A stretch of 64,000 bases of DNA from Octopus vulgaris. Its lineage: Eukaryota. Position numbers and translations under genes: made by a program. Positions 38,376-52,431 of this stretch are shown here, piece after piece. The stretch is from contig OX597817.1 in NCBI GenBank assembly GCA_951406725.2, forward strand, positions 87,482,001 through 87,546,000, read 5' to 3'. Numbering within the stretch: position 1 is the stretch's first letter; the number at the start of each line of letters is the position of its first letter. Under the pieces are notes generated by a model, which saw nothing but the letters and a program-made list of their open reading frames with translations, was not told the DNA's origin and did no database searches.

Positions 38376-39174
38376 TATACACACATATACAGATTCACAC
38401 AAGTATGTGTATATATGTGTGTATCTATGTATGTATGTATATATATATATATATTATATATATACAGTTATTGTTCATCTTTGTATTTCATGTGGAAGAT
38501 AAACTAAAGTGATATTACAAAAAGGAATGAGAAGAAAGATGTGCGATGTGCGATAACAAAAGGAAAATATAGTTGGTAGACAAGTTATTTATTAATTCCG
38601 TGACTACTTGTAAAGAAGCGGAAAACGCGTTGCAAGACAAAGCATGAAAGGAGTGAGAAGTAGATAATTGTAATAATATTCAGAATCTCTCTTCAATGAG
38701 TCTCTATTAGCAGAAGCTGTCACAATGGCGGGGGAAATTTACAGCAAACCCAAAGGAAATCATTAAATTTAGCACTCTGCAAAAATATATTGTTGAGTAT
38801 CCACGAAGGGAAAGAAGCTGTCGCTGAAAATTTATATGAATTTTCTGTGATGTTTATGTTCATATTTTATTAAGCTAAGAGCTAGTTGTCATTGATTTCT
38901 TTTGGATCTGGGATCTTATTGAGAAAAGCAGCAACATATATATATATATCCGAAATTAGAAACGGAACTTTTGGAATATTTTGTACGTTTTGGCTGTCCC
39001 AACGAGATATTAAACTTGTCTAAGAATTGTTTGAGTCTTTTTAAGATCTGAATTTTGATGGTGAGTTATTTCCTACACAGGTAATTTTCAAATAAGAACT
39101 GTTTAGGGTTGAGCTATATAAAGAATATTAGTTGTTCATTGACATTATAATGATATCATTTTTTCCACTTGTCG

Positions 39175-39338
39175 CTTATATCGGCCCCAGTGTTTAACTG
39201 GTACTTATTTCATGGACCCCCAAAGCATAATAGGTAAAGTTAACCTCGGTGGAATTTGAAGTGAGAACGTAAAGCCAAATAAAAATCCCTTCAAGCATTT
39301 TACCCAGGGTACTAACGATTCTGCCAGCTCGCTGTCTT
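39175..39338 (-). mobile_element. SINE family B, degenerate
   Basis: AACTGGTACTTATTT, GGAATTTGAA and CTGCCAGCTCGC. Confidence 0.65.
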
Positions 39339-39589
39339 TTTCTACTCCACATATTTTAAAAGAGATATTTACTTGATGCAGAATTGCTCCTACAGATATG
39401 CATGTTCAATGTTAAACTCTATAGAATCATATCTGGTATATTACTCTTGCATAATGTGCATATGACCTTAATTTCACTTTTATTCTCTTTCTTTTATGAT
39501 TATTTGTTTAGTTATTTTCGCATTTCAAAAAAACTAATATGCTATATATTAAACTAACGGAATAACTTGCGGTCTCCTTTTTAAATTTA

Positions 39590-39744
<155 letters not shown>

Positions 39745-39759
39745 TGTGTTTATTATTAT

Positions 39760-39961
39760 TAAGGCGGCGAGCTGGCAGAATCGTTTGCATGCCGAGTAAA
39801 ATGTTTGGCTGTCTTTATGTTCTGGTTTCAGATTCTGCTGGGGTCGACTTTTCTGTTCGTCATTTCGGGGTCATTAAATTAAGTACCAGTGAAACACTGG
39901 GATCGATCTAGTCGACCATCCACTCCCCCAAATTTCAGGACTTGTACCTATAGTAGAAAGG

Positions 39962-39962
<1 letters not shown>
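39760..39962 (+). mobile_element. SINE family B
   Basis: AAGGCGGCGAGCTGGCAGAATCGTT head, (ATT)n tail. Confidence 0.82.
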
Positions 39963-40005
<43 letters not shown>

Positions 40006-40006
<1 letters not shown>

Positions 40007-41380
40007 TCTTCGTAACACTGTAGATAAAAATGCACTGGAGTCGTTAGTCATCTGTCAAGTCACAACAAGGACCCTCAAAGAGATAATACTTTCCTTAAGA
40101 TGTGTGTTGTGCCCAATAGTGCTGCTTTTTGCAAGACATCAATCTTGCATGGGATTTCCAGTTGTCTTAAGAGGTTTTGAAGTTTCAATGGGATAGAGTC
40201 CAACGCTCCGATCACCACATTACCCTCTCGCATTCCATACAGTCTTGCCATTTCCACTTTCAATTGGGAGTATTTGGTGATTTTTTTCAACTTCTTTACT
40301 CAATATTCATGTCATTTGGTATGGCTACATCGATGATCTGACAGTATTTGTCTCTCTTATTCAATATGACAATATCCGGCCAACGGCGTTCAAACACGAT
40401 TCATCTGAAAATCATAGTCCCAGAGTATCATTACTTTTCCATCCTCCTGCATAACTTTACTTGATACATGCTCATACCAGTTCTCTGTTACTTCATATTG
40501 GTATATACGGCATAAGAGTCAATGAAGATACATACACACTTTATCGTGGCGGCGTTTGTATTCTTTTTGCGCAAGGCTTTCATATCCACTAACCAAAGGA
40601 GTCACATTTTCCACGCTCTTTCCACAGAGTCTGCATTTCTGGGTGTCAAAAGTTTTATAGATGTTATACCTAACTGAATTGGTAGCGAGAGCCTGGTCTT
40701 GTGCAGCAATGATCAGGCTTTCAGTGGTACGCTTCAAATCACCTCGCTCAGGCCATGCCCACGATGCTGTATTATCCTTAACGTCTAGTGTATTCCTGTC
40801 AAACTGTCCTTGCATTCTCATTTCAAGGTCTTCTTTTCTCTTCTCCTCAGCTCTCTGGTTAAACTCTTATTTGCCCATCATTTCATCTGCATTTATACCC
40901 ATATCTTTCGCGGCATATTGCAGCAGATCTTCATCACTATTTATCAAATACTCGGCAAGCGTTCTCCTTTCACTCCTTATACAATGGTCTATACTAATTC
41001 GTCCTCTGCCACCATTCTCTCTTTTCATATACAGTCTGTTTACGTTTGCTTTAGGGTGTAACGTCCCATGCAGCTTAATCAATTTTCTCATCCTTCTATC
41101 CAGTGTTGATATTTCTTCCTTAGTCCATTTGACGATGGACGTACTATATCTGATCACCGCAACTGTGATTGCGGTAATAAAATTTTTTGGCATTTCAACA
41201 CCATCTTCATCCATTTTTGATACGCCTCGCTAACCTTGACTTTCATTTCTCTGTCTAGAATGCCATCCAACTCCAAAATCTCTAAATATCTATACCCACT
41301 ACCGTCGGGTTCACCCATGGTCTCTGAATTTCAGGTCATCCATAAACAGAAGATGGTTCAATGATGGGCCTTTCTTCCGA

Positions 41381-41382
<2 letters not shown>
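40006..41382 (-). mobile_element. R4/Dong-like non-LTR retrotransposon, 5'-truncated and decayed, in (TAA)n
   Basis: NHLLFMDDLK, GYRYLEI, RLYMKRENGGRG, GDLKRTTESLIIAAQDQAL, CRLC..EYKRRHDKV and terminal QKAALLGTTHILRKVL. (TAA)n at both ends. Confidence 0.85.
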
Positions 41383-41478
<96 letters not shown>

Positions 41479-41479
<1 letters not shown>

Positions 41480-41648
41480 GATGGCAGAATCGTTAGCACG
41501 CCGGGCAAAATGCTTAGCGGCATTTCGTCGGTCTTTACGTTCTCAGATCAAATTCTGCCGAGGTCGACTTTGCCTTTCATTCTTTCGAGACACTATCGAC
41601 TAGCCCCTCGCCCAAAATTTCAGGCCTTGTACCTTTAGTAGAAAGAAT

Positions 41649-41650
<2 letters not shown>
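41479..41650 (+). mobile_element. SINE family B, internally deleted
   Basis: TGGCAGAATCGTTAGCACGCCGGGC head and GTCGACTTTGCCTTTCAT core. Confidence 0.8.
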
Positions 41651-41709
<59 letters not shown>

Positions 41710-41789
41710 TCGGAAGAAAGGCTTATCATTGAACCATTTTCTGTTTACGGATGACCTGAAATGCCACAGTTGATATCAATAGTGTTTGT

Positions 41790-42049
41790 TTTCAGTACTC
41801 CATTAGATTTTTATTATAGGGGATTTGGATTTCACACTGATATGTTGTGCTTCAGGAAGCTTGAAATCACAGGAGAAATTTTGAAGATTTACAGTGATTT
41901 TCAAGATCCATGAATGTAGTACGCTGTCAAACGCCTTCTTATAATCAATCCATGTGGACCTGAGATTTTTGCGTTTGTTATGACAGTTCTCAAGGATCAT
42001 GCGATTGGTTAGAAGTTGATCCTTGTATCCATATGAGCCCTGTCGGTAC

Positions 42050-42052
<3 letters not shown>
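41790..42052 (-). mobile_element. R4-like RT fragment
   Basis: GSYGYKDQLL..ILENC..NLRSTWIDYKKAFDSV.HSWI. Confidence 0.75.
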
Positions 42053-42106
<54 letters not shown>

Positions 42107-42119
42107 GATTATTATTATT

Positions 42120-43060
42120 TTCTTGTAATCTGCATGTTTATTACAATCACTCGCCGAGACACACCCAGCGTCCTAGGGCAAGTGAAGGATAAGAGATGTT
42201 AAAGTATAACTGAAAGCTTGTGGAGGGGAAGTGACAGGGGCAGTAGCGAAATATCTTAATGTAATAAAACTCATACATTTAAATTTATAGGGATTTTCTA
42301 AGGATGTGGGCAGTACATATCAGCACAATCTTTTGGATTTCTCCGAGAGATGGTTCTCCTAGGATTTAATTTCAAACTTTCTGTTGGAGCTCTACCGGGC
42401 ATTATTTTTCAATCTCCTTCAGTCATTTGTCTATAACTTGGCTTACTGTTCCCAACGCACCAATTATCATAGGCACGACTTTTACTGTTATCATGCTCCA
42501 AATTCTTCCTATTCCAAATTTTAAGTGATTTTATTTTCTTTGCTTTTCATCCTCTTTCTTTACGGCCCTGGAATCAATCAGGTATGACGGATCGATAAGT
42601 AAGCAACTTCGCTTTTCCTTATCTATGATTGTAACATCTGGTCTGTTACTTTCTAACTTCTTGTCCGTTTGAAGAGGCAGGTCCCACAAAATCTTACATT
42701 TCTTTCGACTCAATGATTGTACCATGTGTTTCCAACTTCATATCACCATTTCTGACACAGTTTCCAGTTTTAAACGTTTACAACCTGGTCGTGCCAGGTT
42801 GTACAACCTGGTTCTGCCAACATTCTGCCACTATGTGCGCCACTGTCCCGTTCCAAGTTTCACATTCTCTACATTTTTCTGACACATTCTCGCCATCTTT
42901 ATTTTTTCTCAAGTTGTTTGTTTTTATCACTTGATCTTGGGCTGCTATAACTAGGTTTCTTTTTTAATTACCCCTTTTTTAACCAAGCCCAGGATTTTGA
43001 AGCACATACGTCTTCAGTGACTCTCCCAAAAGAGCCATTCATATTTTACACGGTCATTCG
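42120..43060 (-). mobile_element. R4/Dong-like 3' fragment (RLE domain) with (TAA)n tail
   Basis: AAQDQ, KILWDLPLQTDKKLESNRPDVTIIDKEK..LID, VVPMIIGALG and QKIVLICTAHILRK. Confidence 0.8.
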
Positions 43061-43364
43061 AATAGTTCTACCGAAGATATACAGGTCAACCCACAGATAT
43101 GTTACTCCAGTTAAGTCATTCCTTCACCGTACTGAGAATCATACCCCACACTCCAGTACACAAATATGAATCATATGTGGTGCACTAGGACAGTCTGGAC
43201 ACATAATCTTTCCTCTGTCCAATCTGCTTCAGTGCAGCTTTAGCTTCTGGTGGTTAATGATGCTACATATGTTGCAGTACGTGAGTGCGTGTGTCTGAGC
43301 ATGTGTGTGTGTGCGCGCGCGTGCGTGTGTGTATGCGTGTATGTGTGTATGTGTGTGTATGAAG

Positions 43365-43570
43365 CCACTTCATCGCAGATTAACTGATGACATCTCACTA
43401 TCTAGAGTGGACAGATGACATGCTGAGAAAATTATGCGCCGCATGAAGAGCTACAGATTGAAAATGAACAACAGCAGAATAAAAGTCCTGGTAAATGATA
43501 AGGTGGCACCAAAACTGGTTATAGTGGACGGGAATGAAATTGAAAACGTAGAAAAGTAGAAATACGTAAA
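43365..43570 (+). mobile_element. Short degenerate LINE RT fragment
   Basis: Residual R..TDDI and LKMNNSRIKVL..EIENVEK, resembling the FADD..GLKMN..KTK..YLG region. Confidence 0.4.
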
Positions 43571-43976
43571 AGAAAAGGCGCAAAAGAATAGGAAAAAGAA
43601 GAGAAAAGCACAGAGCAAATTAATATCAGGTTTGGAATAAAAAGTGAAAGTCTAAACTAATGCATAACACCAACAATCGTTTGCGGAGGTGAAACACAAA
43701 GATAGAGATGGAATAAGCAGCACGTCGAGAGAAAGGGACAAATATAAATCTTGATGTAACATGCAATGAAAGAGAAATAAATGAGTAAGAGAACGGACGA
43801 AGGCAAAGAAAATGGATGTTGTAGGACAGCAGAAGGACAGACAAGGTTTGGACAAAACGAGCATCGAATGAGACGAATATCGATAAAACGAAAAAAGTGG
43901 ATAACCATATAAAAGAAGGCGTAATATGATCGACAAATACTAACCCACAGTCAGTTATGATGTAGAAGCGGTTTGT

Positions 43977-44046
<70 letters not shown>

Positions 44047-45027
44047 TACACACTTTGATATCAGTGATTCATAATTCGTTTGGGCTAACAAAGTTACGAA
44101 ATTCATTGTGTTGTCATCATTCTTATCTCTTGTTTTTACTGCTGGGCTGTAAACAAGAGAAAGCTGCTCACATTTATGTTTTTAATTATCTCTATCTACC
44201 CCACTCAAATAACAATCCTATAATCCTTTCACGAATGGTATCATAATTGCATACTTTAATAAGTGCTTCAAGCTGTGAATGCACTCGAGAATCGCGCAAA
44301 TCTTTCCGCAAGATATTGGTAAAATATATATAAATTTACACGAGTTATCCTGCAAATCAAAACATTTAAAATATTTGATAAGCAACAAACTATGAGATAT
44401 GTAATAAAATGGAATGCAGGTTGCCTTTAAGACACAAACATATCTAATAATTATAAGTGTACATGTAATTGGAAAAAAATGGCAAAGACCGAGTTAAGCT
44501 TCTGACAACTCAACTGAAAATTAAATGGCTTCAACAAAATCCAAGCTTACTTTCAATTGACATTTATACTATATATCTTACATTTTAGATTTTAATAATA
44601 TACATACACACAAGCTATCCTCCTTACTAACCTCTTCACTGCTTTGGTAATTCGGCCTTCATGCACACTTCCCATAATTTCACAATAACACTTCTCTGCC
44701 TTACTTAAACTACATATTCTTGTACCAATACTTATTAGTGGTTCTTAATTCTAAATCTCATCATTTTACTGGTTATTACCTTCCATATTCCTCTCTACAT
44801 AAATATTGTATTATCACTAACTAATCTTATATATACTCAATCATATTCTAATGTGAGTGTACAAGACCATTTACGTAACCGACATTAAAGTATGTTCCTT
44901 ATCGAATGTCTTTGTATTGATGAAAGGAAAGCTAGTTTTAGAAATATTTTTACGCCATGCGGTAGCTTTGTTTATGACTTTTTCGAGTAACATGGCTTAA
45001 CCTTTAAATCCACAACTTTAAGAGGCT

Positions 45028-45108
<81 letters not shown>

Positions 45109-45126
45109 CATACATACATACATACA

Positions 45127-45162
<36 letters not shown>

Positions 45163-45269
45163 TATATGTATGTATTTATGTATGTATATATGCACGTATG
45201 AATGTATGTGCGTATGTATGAATATATGTGCGCTCGTGCGTATGTGTGACTACTCCTTTCTTACGGAAC

Positions 45270-46080
45270 GAAGCTGCCTCTTCTTTCCCTGGAAAATCCC
45301 TCTTTGCGAACTTTCCCATTTACATGAGATTATATCGTTCCCTTTTATCATTTCTATTTATCTAAAACTCGTAGCAGTTTCTTTTCCGCATTATGTCTGT
45401 CGTAAGTACATTACTCTGCAGCGCATGGATGATGTAACTTTGAAGATATTACTGATGCTGAAGTCATCGTTGTTATATCTCAGCCGAACTTTCTACTATA
45501 GTCATTGACTCAGTCGAAATTCTCCATAAAATAATTGTTCCGGAAGTCTTTGATCTGACATCTATACGAAGAATAGACTTAACATTTAGACGCATGCAGT
45601 GCTCAGGGATATTGACATTGCATACAAAATATGTCTCTTTGAAGCAAGAGTTGAATATAATAACATTAAGGACAACTTTAACAGATTGATTCGATAACAG
45701 ACCTGGTTCGACTTCGCTATGGTATACAGAATAGTCCTTGTTCTTTTCATACTGCTACGTTTTCCTCTTGCATTTTGGAGTCTATTCACTAATGTACAAA
45801 GTGTATTTATAAAAGTATAAATGTTGGTAAAGCATATTCTGCTTTAGGCCTATATTCTGTTGTGATAACCGTGTCTGATAACCAATAGGAGTAACATGCA
45901 AAACTAACGAGGGAATAAGGTACCAGACGATTAACTCATACATATATCGTAAGTTCAAATCAAATGCACGTCCCATGTTTTGCTTTGCATTATTGTAAGT
46001 ACCTTATTTTGCTGTATGTATTGAATAATTCCAGGATTTTCTGGGAATATTACCTCAGAATGTCTAGCGATTTTCCTCAT
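45270..46080 (-). mobile_element. Highly degenerate LINE RT remnant
   Basis: Residual AFD, QGC.LS-like and LRY..DD-like segments on the minus strand. Confidence 0.35.
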
Positions 46081-47479
46081 TAGATTATTGTTACAAAGCA
46101 ATTAGGTGCCAGAAGTTCTCGATTAGAATATCTTTTTAGATATTAACGCAGAGTACATGTCATTGCTTCAAATACAAGGAGTGACAGAAAAGTCTATTAT
46201 ATTTTACACGGCCATTAGTGCTACCGAAAACAGGCAGGTAATAACGGTGCTTTAATATAGCTAATGTTTTATTGTTCATTTATCATGTATGCACTTTTTG
46301 AAACTTTCATGAATGGTGATTCTGTTCATTTCCATGTATGTAGTTTTATCCCTCACTAAACTTTGGTTGAAGCCACATCGCGCTGCCGATATCTTCTTTG
46401 CCATCTAGGAATTGGAATATGGAGCGGCATGCAAATATTTTTGCTTTAAGACAATCGCTCCCCAAATCTCTATATTTGAGTAGACACCGACTCAATAATT
46501 GAAATATACGGAATAATATATTGTATTGCCTAGAAATTTTATTTCTTTGTTCAATGCTTTTCGCGAATTGATGCGTTATAGGCACAGTTGTGCGGCACAT
46601 CTCCCAGATGCAATTCTTATATGATGTAGACAACAGAAATTTCATTTTTTCCTAACTGTTTTATACAAATAATTTCAGAATAAAGTATTTATATTCTGCA
46701 GACTAATCTTAGATATGAATCATATACCTTTTATATTTTATAAATATATGTTTATATTATTATATTTGTACAAATCCTATAGAGATTACTTTCTCATTAA
46801 TTGTCTAAACTCCACTCTATAAAATGTGAGACTTTGTGTCTGTGTTGGACATCGTCAAAACTGCATAAACAAATTAATATAAAATGTATAACAAAATACA
46901 TTACGCAGTGTTTTCAAATCATATATGTTAACTATTTTAAAAACTAAGTGTTCAACACAAACTGAGATTAAAGGGAAATATTTATTATTTTTATTTTGAA
47001 ATAGAGCATTAGAAAAATAAAGGTATAACGACAAACATTAAAATGAATAAAGGTCAACTCCCAGTGAAACTCGAATTCGTGTGTTGTTTGTAGACACACC
47101 GAGTGTAGCTTGGTAGCATGTACCCCTGCTTTTGCTAATTGTTTTAAATAACGAGCAGATATAAACACCTATTCGTTCCGCTAATTTTCGGCTAAGAAGA
47201 ACATCAAGAATGTGGCGGTCAGATGGAGAGAGAGCTGCACCGGTAGCTAGATGTGTGTATAAAGTGCCACCCGGTCCAGGAGTTGACGTTATGATCGTGA
47301 GTCAAATACACTAACCAACAGGCCACGTTTCTTCAGTGTACGCACACACATACACACACACAAAAGCACACACAAACACACACATGCATACATACATACA
47401 TACATACATACATACATACATACATACATACATACATACGTACATACATGCCCTCTGGATACAAATATGATTAGAAAAT

Positions 47480-47725
47480 TAAAAGACAAAGAGGAGATCT
47501 ATGGGCCATTGATCAGGAGTTTGCAAATCCTTTGCCCAAGATACACTTTCAGCTTCATAGCTATTATTACTGGAGAAACAGGATACATACCAACCTGTCT
47601 GAAGTAAAGTATGACTGACCTTCGGATTTTGGGGTGAGAATGCAAATCCTTACTTCATATACAACAAATGATCACGATATCTGGAGCAATAAAAATTCGT
47701 AAGGCCTTAAGATTTAAAGGATGAA
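47480..47725 (+). mobile_element. 3' end fragment of an R4-like LINE
   Basis: Y..QILCPRYTFSFIAIITGETGYIP..QMITISGAIKIRK, resembling the RLE terminus of 48015-49290. Confidence 0.5.
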
Positions 47726-47920
47726 GATTAAAGCAATTTTTTTTCCTTTACAACCTTTCTATTAAGTAGGTGGCCGGTAAAGATTTACCCTAAATTAATA
47801 CATACATACGTGCATGCATGCATACATGCATACATACATACATACATACATACATACATACATACATACATACATACATACATACATACATACATACATA
47901 ATGACTTGAGTGTTTTACCC

Positions 47921-48015
47921 TATATCTGATGAGGAATGTTACAGGAATCGGGGTGGGGGATGAAAACATATCTTACAATTGTACAATTGCACCTGTAACA
48001 AAACACGTGTCACTA
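47921..48015 (+). ncRNA. Degenerate hammerhead motif
   Basis: CTGATGA 47926-47932, helix II TGTTACAGG/CCTGTAACA, then AAA CACGTG TC. The G of GAAA is missing. Confidence 0.5.
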
Positions 48016-49380
48016 AAGAATATTACAGCTGAATAAAGAAAATTTGGATCTCAGAAATCTCTGCATGTAAAAGAGTGGTTCACAATGTCTTTGCAGTGCC
48101 AGTACTCATACCAACATTCAGGCTGCTTGATTGGATGCTTGATGAGATCCGAGCCACTGATGTGAAAACCCAGAAAATACTAACAAGCACACATAATTTC
48201 CACATAAACGGTGACATAGACCGCCCCTACCTAAAACGAAAACAAGGTGGCAAAAGCTTATCATCGATCCAAAATGCCTTTGAATATCGTATCATATCCC
48301 TTCGGCAACATCTTTTAACCACCAAGTGTCGAAGTTCATCTCTTGATCAAGTTTCCATACATGAAGCTGATGACGTCACAAGACTTGGAAGACAGCTCCT
48401 TGGGCAACGTTCCTTATCTGATAACATAGAATAAATGCCCAAAGAAGTTGCACGACTCCACCACAATGTATCATCAGATGGAAGGATGAGATTATATGAA
48501 CAGAAGACTATGCATGGATAAGTTAGTAGGAAGGTCCGTGGTGAGAGTAACATTGATCAACAAAGCAGTCTATCATGGCCCAATGATCGGATTTTTACAT
48601 CCCACTTTGAAGGGTATGTGTTTGCGATCCAGGAACAGAAAATATTAACACAATACCTGATGCACAAAAGGGATAGAGATGCAGAAAAAGCAATAAAATG
48701 TGATAACCGATGCAGAATTTATGGAGTTAACACCGAAGATATTACCCACATCATAAGAAGTTGTACGAAAATGTCATCATGGTATTGCCTACCGTTGAGA
48801 AACGATGCAGTAGCTAGGAGATTCTATCGGAAGGATAATCTCAAGGACAAAGAAATAAGAACCCAAAATATGGTAGAAGTTATAGCCACGTATAATAAAA
48901 AGGAATACTGGTGTAATATCCAAATGAAAACCTCAATAACACGGAAGCACAACAGACCTGATATAATGATTTGGGATAGAGAAGAGAAATTGTGTATGGT
49001 TGTGGAAATTAGCTGCCCAACGGAAAATAACATAAAGCTGAAGATCAGTGAGAAAGAGAATACTTATGCTGAACTATTGAGAAATCTGTAGTTACTCTAT
49101 CTGGAATAGAAGTTCAGGTTTATCCTTGAAAATATTTGGAGCCTGAGATATATAACACACTGCCTAAACACCAATCTTGTGATATTGGGCTTCTCAAAAC
49201 CATAAAAGAGAAGTTGATTTAAACACTACAGATCCAATGCACCACTGCAACTGTAAAACCTGGTAAAAAAACCTTCCAAAAGATTATCATTTAAGTATAT
49301 AAATGACCATATCAAGATATGTAAGTATATGCATGAGAATACATACATAAAACAAAGCATACTCATCTGCACATACGCAT
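48015..49380 (+). mobile_element. R4-like non-LTR retrotransposon family 2, decayed, followed by (TACA)n
   Basis: HNVFAVPVL, DIDRPYLKRKQGG, FAIQEQKILTQY, CRI..EDITHII..C and KHNRPDIMIWD..VVEISCP. Confidence 0.82.
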
Positions 49381-49529
49381 ACATACATACATACATACAT
49401 ACATACATACATACATACATCAATACATACATACATACATACATACATACATACATACATACATACATACATACATACATACATACATACAGAAAACATA
49501 AATATATACATACATAAATATATACACAC

Positions 49530-49962
49530 TGACAAAATGTTAATCTTGAGAAGTTAGGCTTCTCAAAACCAAAAAGGAGAAAGCTGATTCGAAGGTTTCA
49601 GTTACGAGCCATCATTAGAACTGTAAAAATCTGTAAAACTTCCCAGAAGTTTCCAATTTTGATATATATATAAGCATGTCTAGACATGCAAATATACGCA
49701 TGAGAATACTATATAAAACCAAACATACAAATCTGCATATATACATATATGCATACACGCATACACATACATACTTACATACATACAAACATACATACAT
49801 ATATACAAACATACAAACATACATACATGCATACATACATACAAAGAAAAGTATCCTGTTCTTGATGTTGATATACGAATCGAGAAGCCTTGGATCTAGG
49901 TAAGAAACCGGTTCTTTCTCTATCGACAAGAAATCTTGAAATAAACTGAACAATAACATAAC
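49530..49962 (+). mobile_element. R4-like family 2 3' end plus downstream 115-bp module
   Basis: AATCTTGAGAAGTTAGGCTTCTCAAAACC.. repeats 49172-49290. The module is at 49845-49960. Confidence 0.75.
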
Positions 49963-49969
49963 ATACATA

Positions 49970-50293
49970 AAGACCCCTTCGGTCATGAATGACCATGGGA
50001 TTGCACCTAAAAAGTTACCCTCTTAGGTACAAGTCCGAGTAAGGTTGTTTATGGAAGACCAGCAGTTGCCCATGCATAGCAGGCTCCCCTCTTTTTGCCA
50101 CTGATGATATCCAAGAGAAAGGCAAAGGCCCAATACAGTTTGGCACCAGTGACGTCGCAACTCATTTCTACAGCAGAGTGAACTGGAGCAACGTGTCTTG
50201 CTCAAGAACACAACACTCAGCTCGGTCCGGGAATTGAACTCACTACTTCATGATTGTGAATCCGACACCCTAACCACTGAGCTATGCGCCTTC
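49970..50293 (-). mobile_element. tRNA-derived SINE family D, near full length
   Basis: Minus strand GAAGGCGCATAGCTCAGTGGTTAGGG..GAGTTCAATTCCCGG; internal palindrome GGTCATGAATGACC near the tail. Confidence 0.8.
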
Positions 50294-50923
50294 ATACATA
50301 TATACATACATAAATACATATATACATATATACTATATATATATACATTACATATATACATACATACTTTCATAACCGTGTATGCATATATACACACACA
50401 CACTAAGCCAGCGACTGCTAGTCGTAAACCTATAACAAACGTCACTATTGTTCTCAAAATGTGACTAAGTGTAAGCACTCAATATTGTGTTTATGTAAGT
50501 GCAGCACATCAACATATTAAAATAAAGAAATCACTGAAGTTAGCTCTGAAACACCTTATGCAAGAAAAACAACACTAATGTTTGTTAAAGTTAATGTAAT
50601 CATCAAAAAGATTTCAATTATAAATACTTACTCGTAGCTTAATGGCTAAAATTATCTTAATCATTTCGGCATAATTATGCATCTTTGATGTTAATTATAT
50701 TAAGTATGTTAATCATCCATCATTTAGAGAATCTCGAACCGTGATAATAGCAGAGTTAATGAGTATCACACGGATGAAAGGCATGTTCGCTGGTGAGTAA
50801 CAGTATGTGGCACTTTGAACATGGGTGCACACACACACACACACACACACACGTGTATGTATGTATGTATGTATGTATGTGTATGTATGTGAATGTATAT
50901 GTGTGTATGTATATGTGTGTATG

Positions 50924-50967
<44 letters not shown>

Positions 50968-51089
50968 TACACACATACGGAAAGAGAGAAAGAGAGAGAT
51001 AACATGATAGAGTTGATGCTTCAGAAACCTTTACACTGCGGTTTTTGTTGCCGATTTTAGAGCATGGATCTTTGTTGAGAATCCTGCAA

Positions 51090-51960
51090 TAGGATTTGAA
51101 AAATGCGTTCTACAGAGTAACTGACTTAGTAAAGACCTGATCTGAATAGAAAAATATTTTATAAAGAATGGATATAGGAACATATCTCAATATCGATTAA
51201 ACATTCCAAAGTTTTCTCACCTAGCATATCAATCGTATTATACGTGATAATTCCTACGGAACATAACAATATTTCTGTAAGCATCATGTTAAAAATACTG
51301 AATTCATGGCAAAAGAAACTAAAAGAAAGAATTTGATATACATGTTACACCTATTATGTACCCGTCGATCTGTGGTAGCAACAAATAGCAGAGCATGAGG
51401 AACATCGGTATTATCTAGTTCTAAGAGTTAATTGCAAAAATAAATCTATCAACAATCTGCCAAAACTGAAAAACAATTTAAGTTACATTGCGATTATTGA
51501 ATTATGAAATTGTGAATAAATTTTGAAATAGAAATTGAAAATACATTCTACAAAGTAATCGACTTAGTAAAGATTTCAATAGCAAAAAGTTATTTAGTAA
51601 AAGTAAATACGAAAATGCCTCCAACTCTAATATCGATTACGCATCTGAAATACGTTTCAGCTCGCATATCAATCGTAATTTCATAAAACTACCGACAGTG
51701 TTGTATTTCAAAAGCCATCATAGCATGTAGTTGAATTAATAGTGAAACTTCTTCAAGAGCAAGACTTTGAAAAAATTTTGTACGAAGTTTACTGTTATTA
51801 TACAGACGTGACCTGTAGCAAGGTATTTATAAGAATATTAGAAAATTTCGAGCTATGAATCTCTGGTTCTAAGTCAATTACAAGCAGAAATCAAACAACG
51901 ACCTGTCAGAATTAAAGAAAAATTAACTTCCAAATTGATTATTTCTTTTCTATCGGGATC
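51090..51960. repeat. Old direct duplication, ~440-bp period, 2 copies
   Basis: TTCTACAGAGTAACTGACTTAGTAAAGA (~51107) vs TTCTACAAAGTAATCGACTTAGTAAAGA (~51546). GCATATCAATCGTA at 51224 and 51664. Confidence 0.75.
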
Positions 51961-52258
51961 GTTACAAATCAATTATTCCTTGCAATGTATTTTTTCTATT
52001 CCGATTGTAAAATGTATTTACTATCTGATAGATAGTAAATAAATTTACTATCTTATAGATTAATAATTATCGTGATTTCATTTGAATCTTTAAATAACGT
52101 AGAATGAGAGATGCATCTCCTGGAAGTTTCTGTTGCTATGAAAGATATTTAGCTGCCTTAAATTGAAGTATAGCAATAATCTGTATTGCTAAAATTTATA
52201 TTCATTGGCGAAGTTAAAAGCTTTTTGCCGTTACAGGAGATTCTGATGCTTCGAAGAA

Positions 52259-52400
52259 TTTTCTTCTTCTTCTTCTTCTTCTTCTTCTTCTTCTTCTTCT
52301 TCTTCTTCTTCTTCTTCTTCTTCTTCTTCTTCTTCTTCTTCTTCTTCTTCTTCTTCTTCTTCTTCTTCTTCTTCTTCTTCTTCTTCTTCTTCTTCTTCTT

Positions 52401-52430
<30 letters not shown>
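52259..52430. repeat. Long pure (CTT)n/(GAA)n microsatellite
   Basis: About 170 bp of uninterrupted TTC. Confidence 0.98.

Positions 52431-52431
<1 letters not shown>

Noticed and set aside
44560-45030. Possible Penelope 3' UTR with TTGATGA core at ~44917
   Set aside because: Pyrimidine skew and a stem are present, but there is no GAAA or helix III; too degenerate to call.
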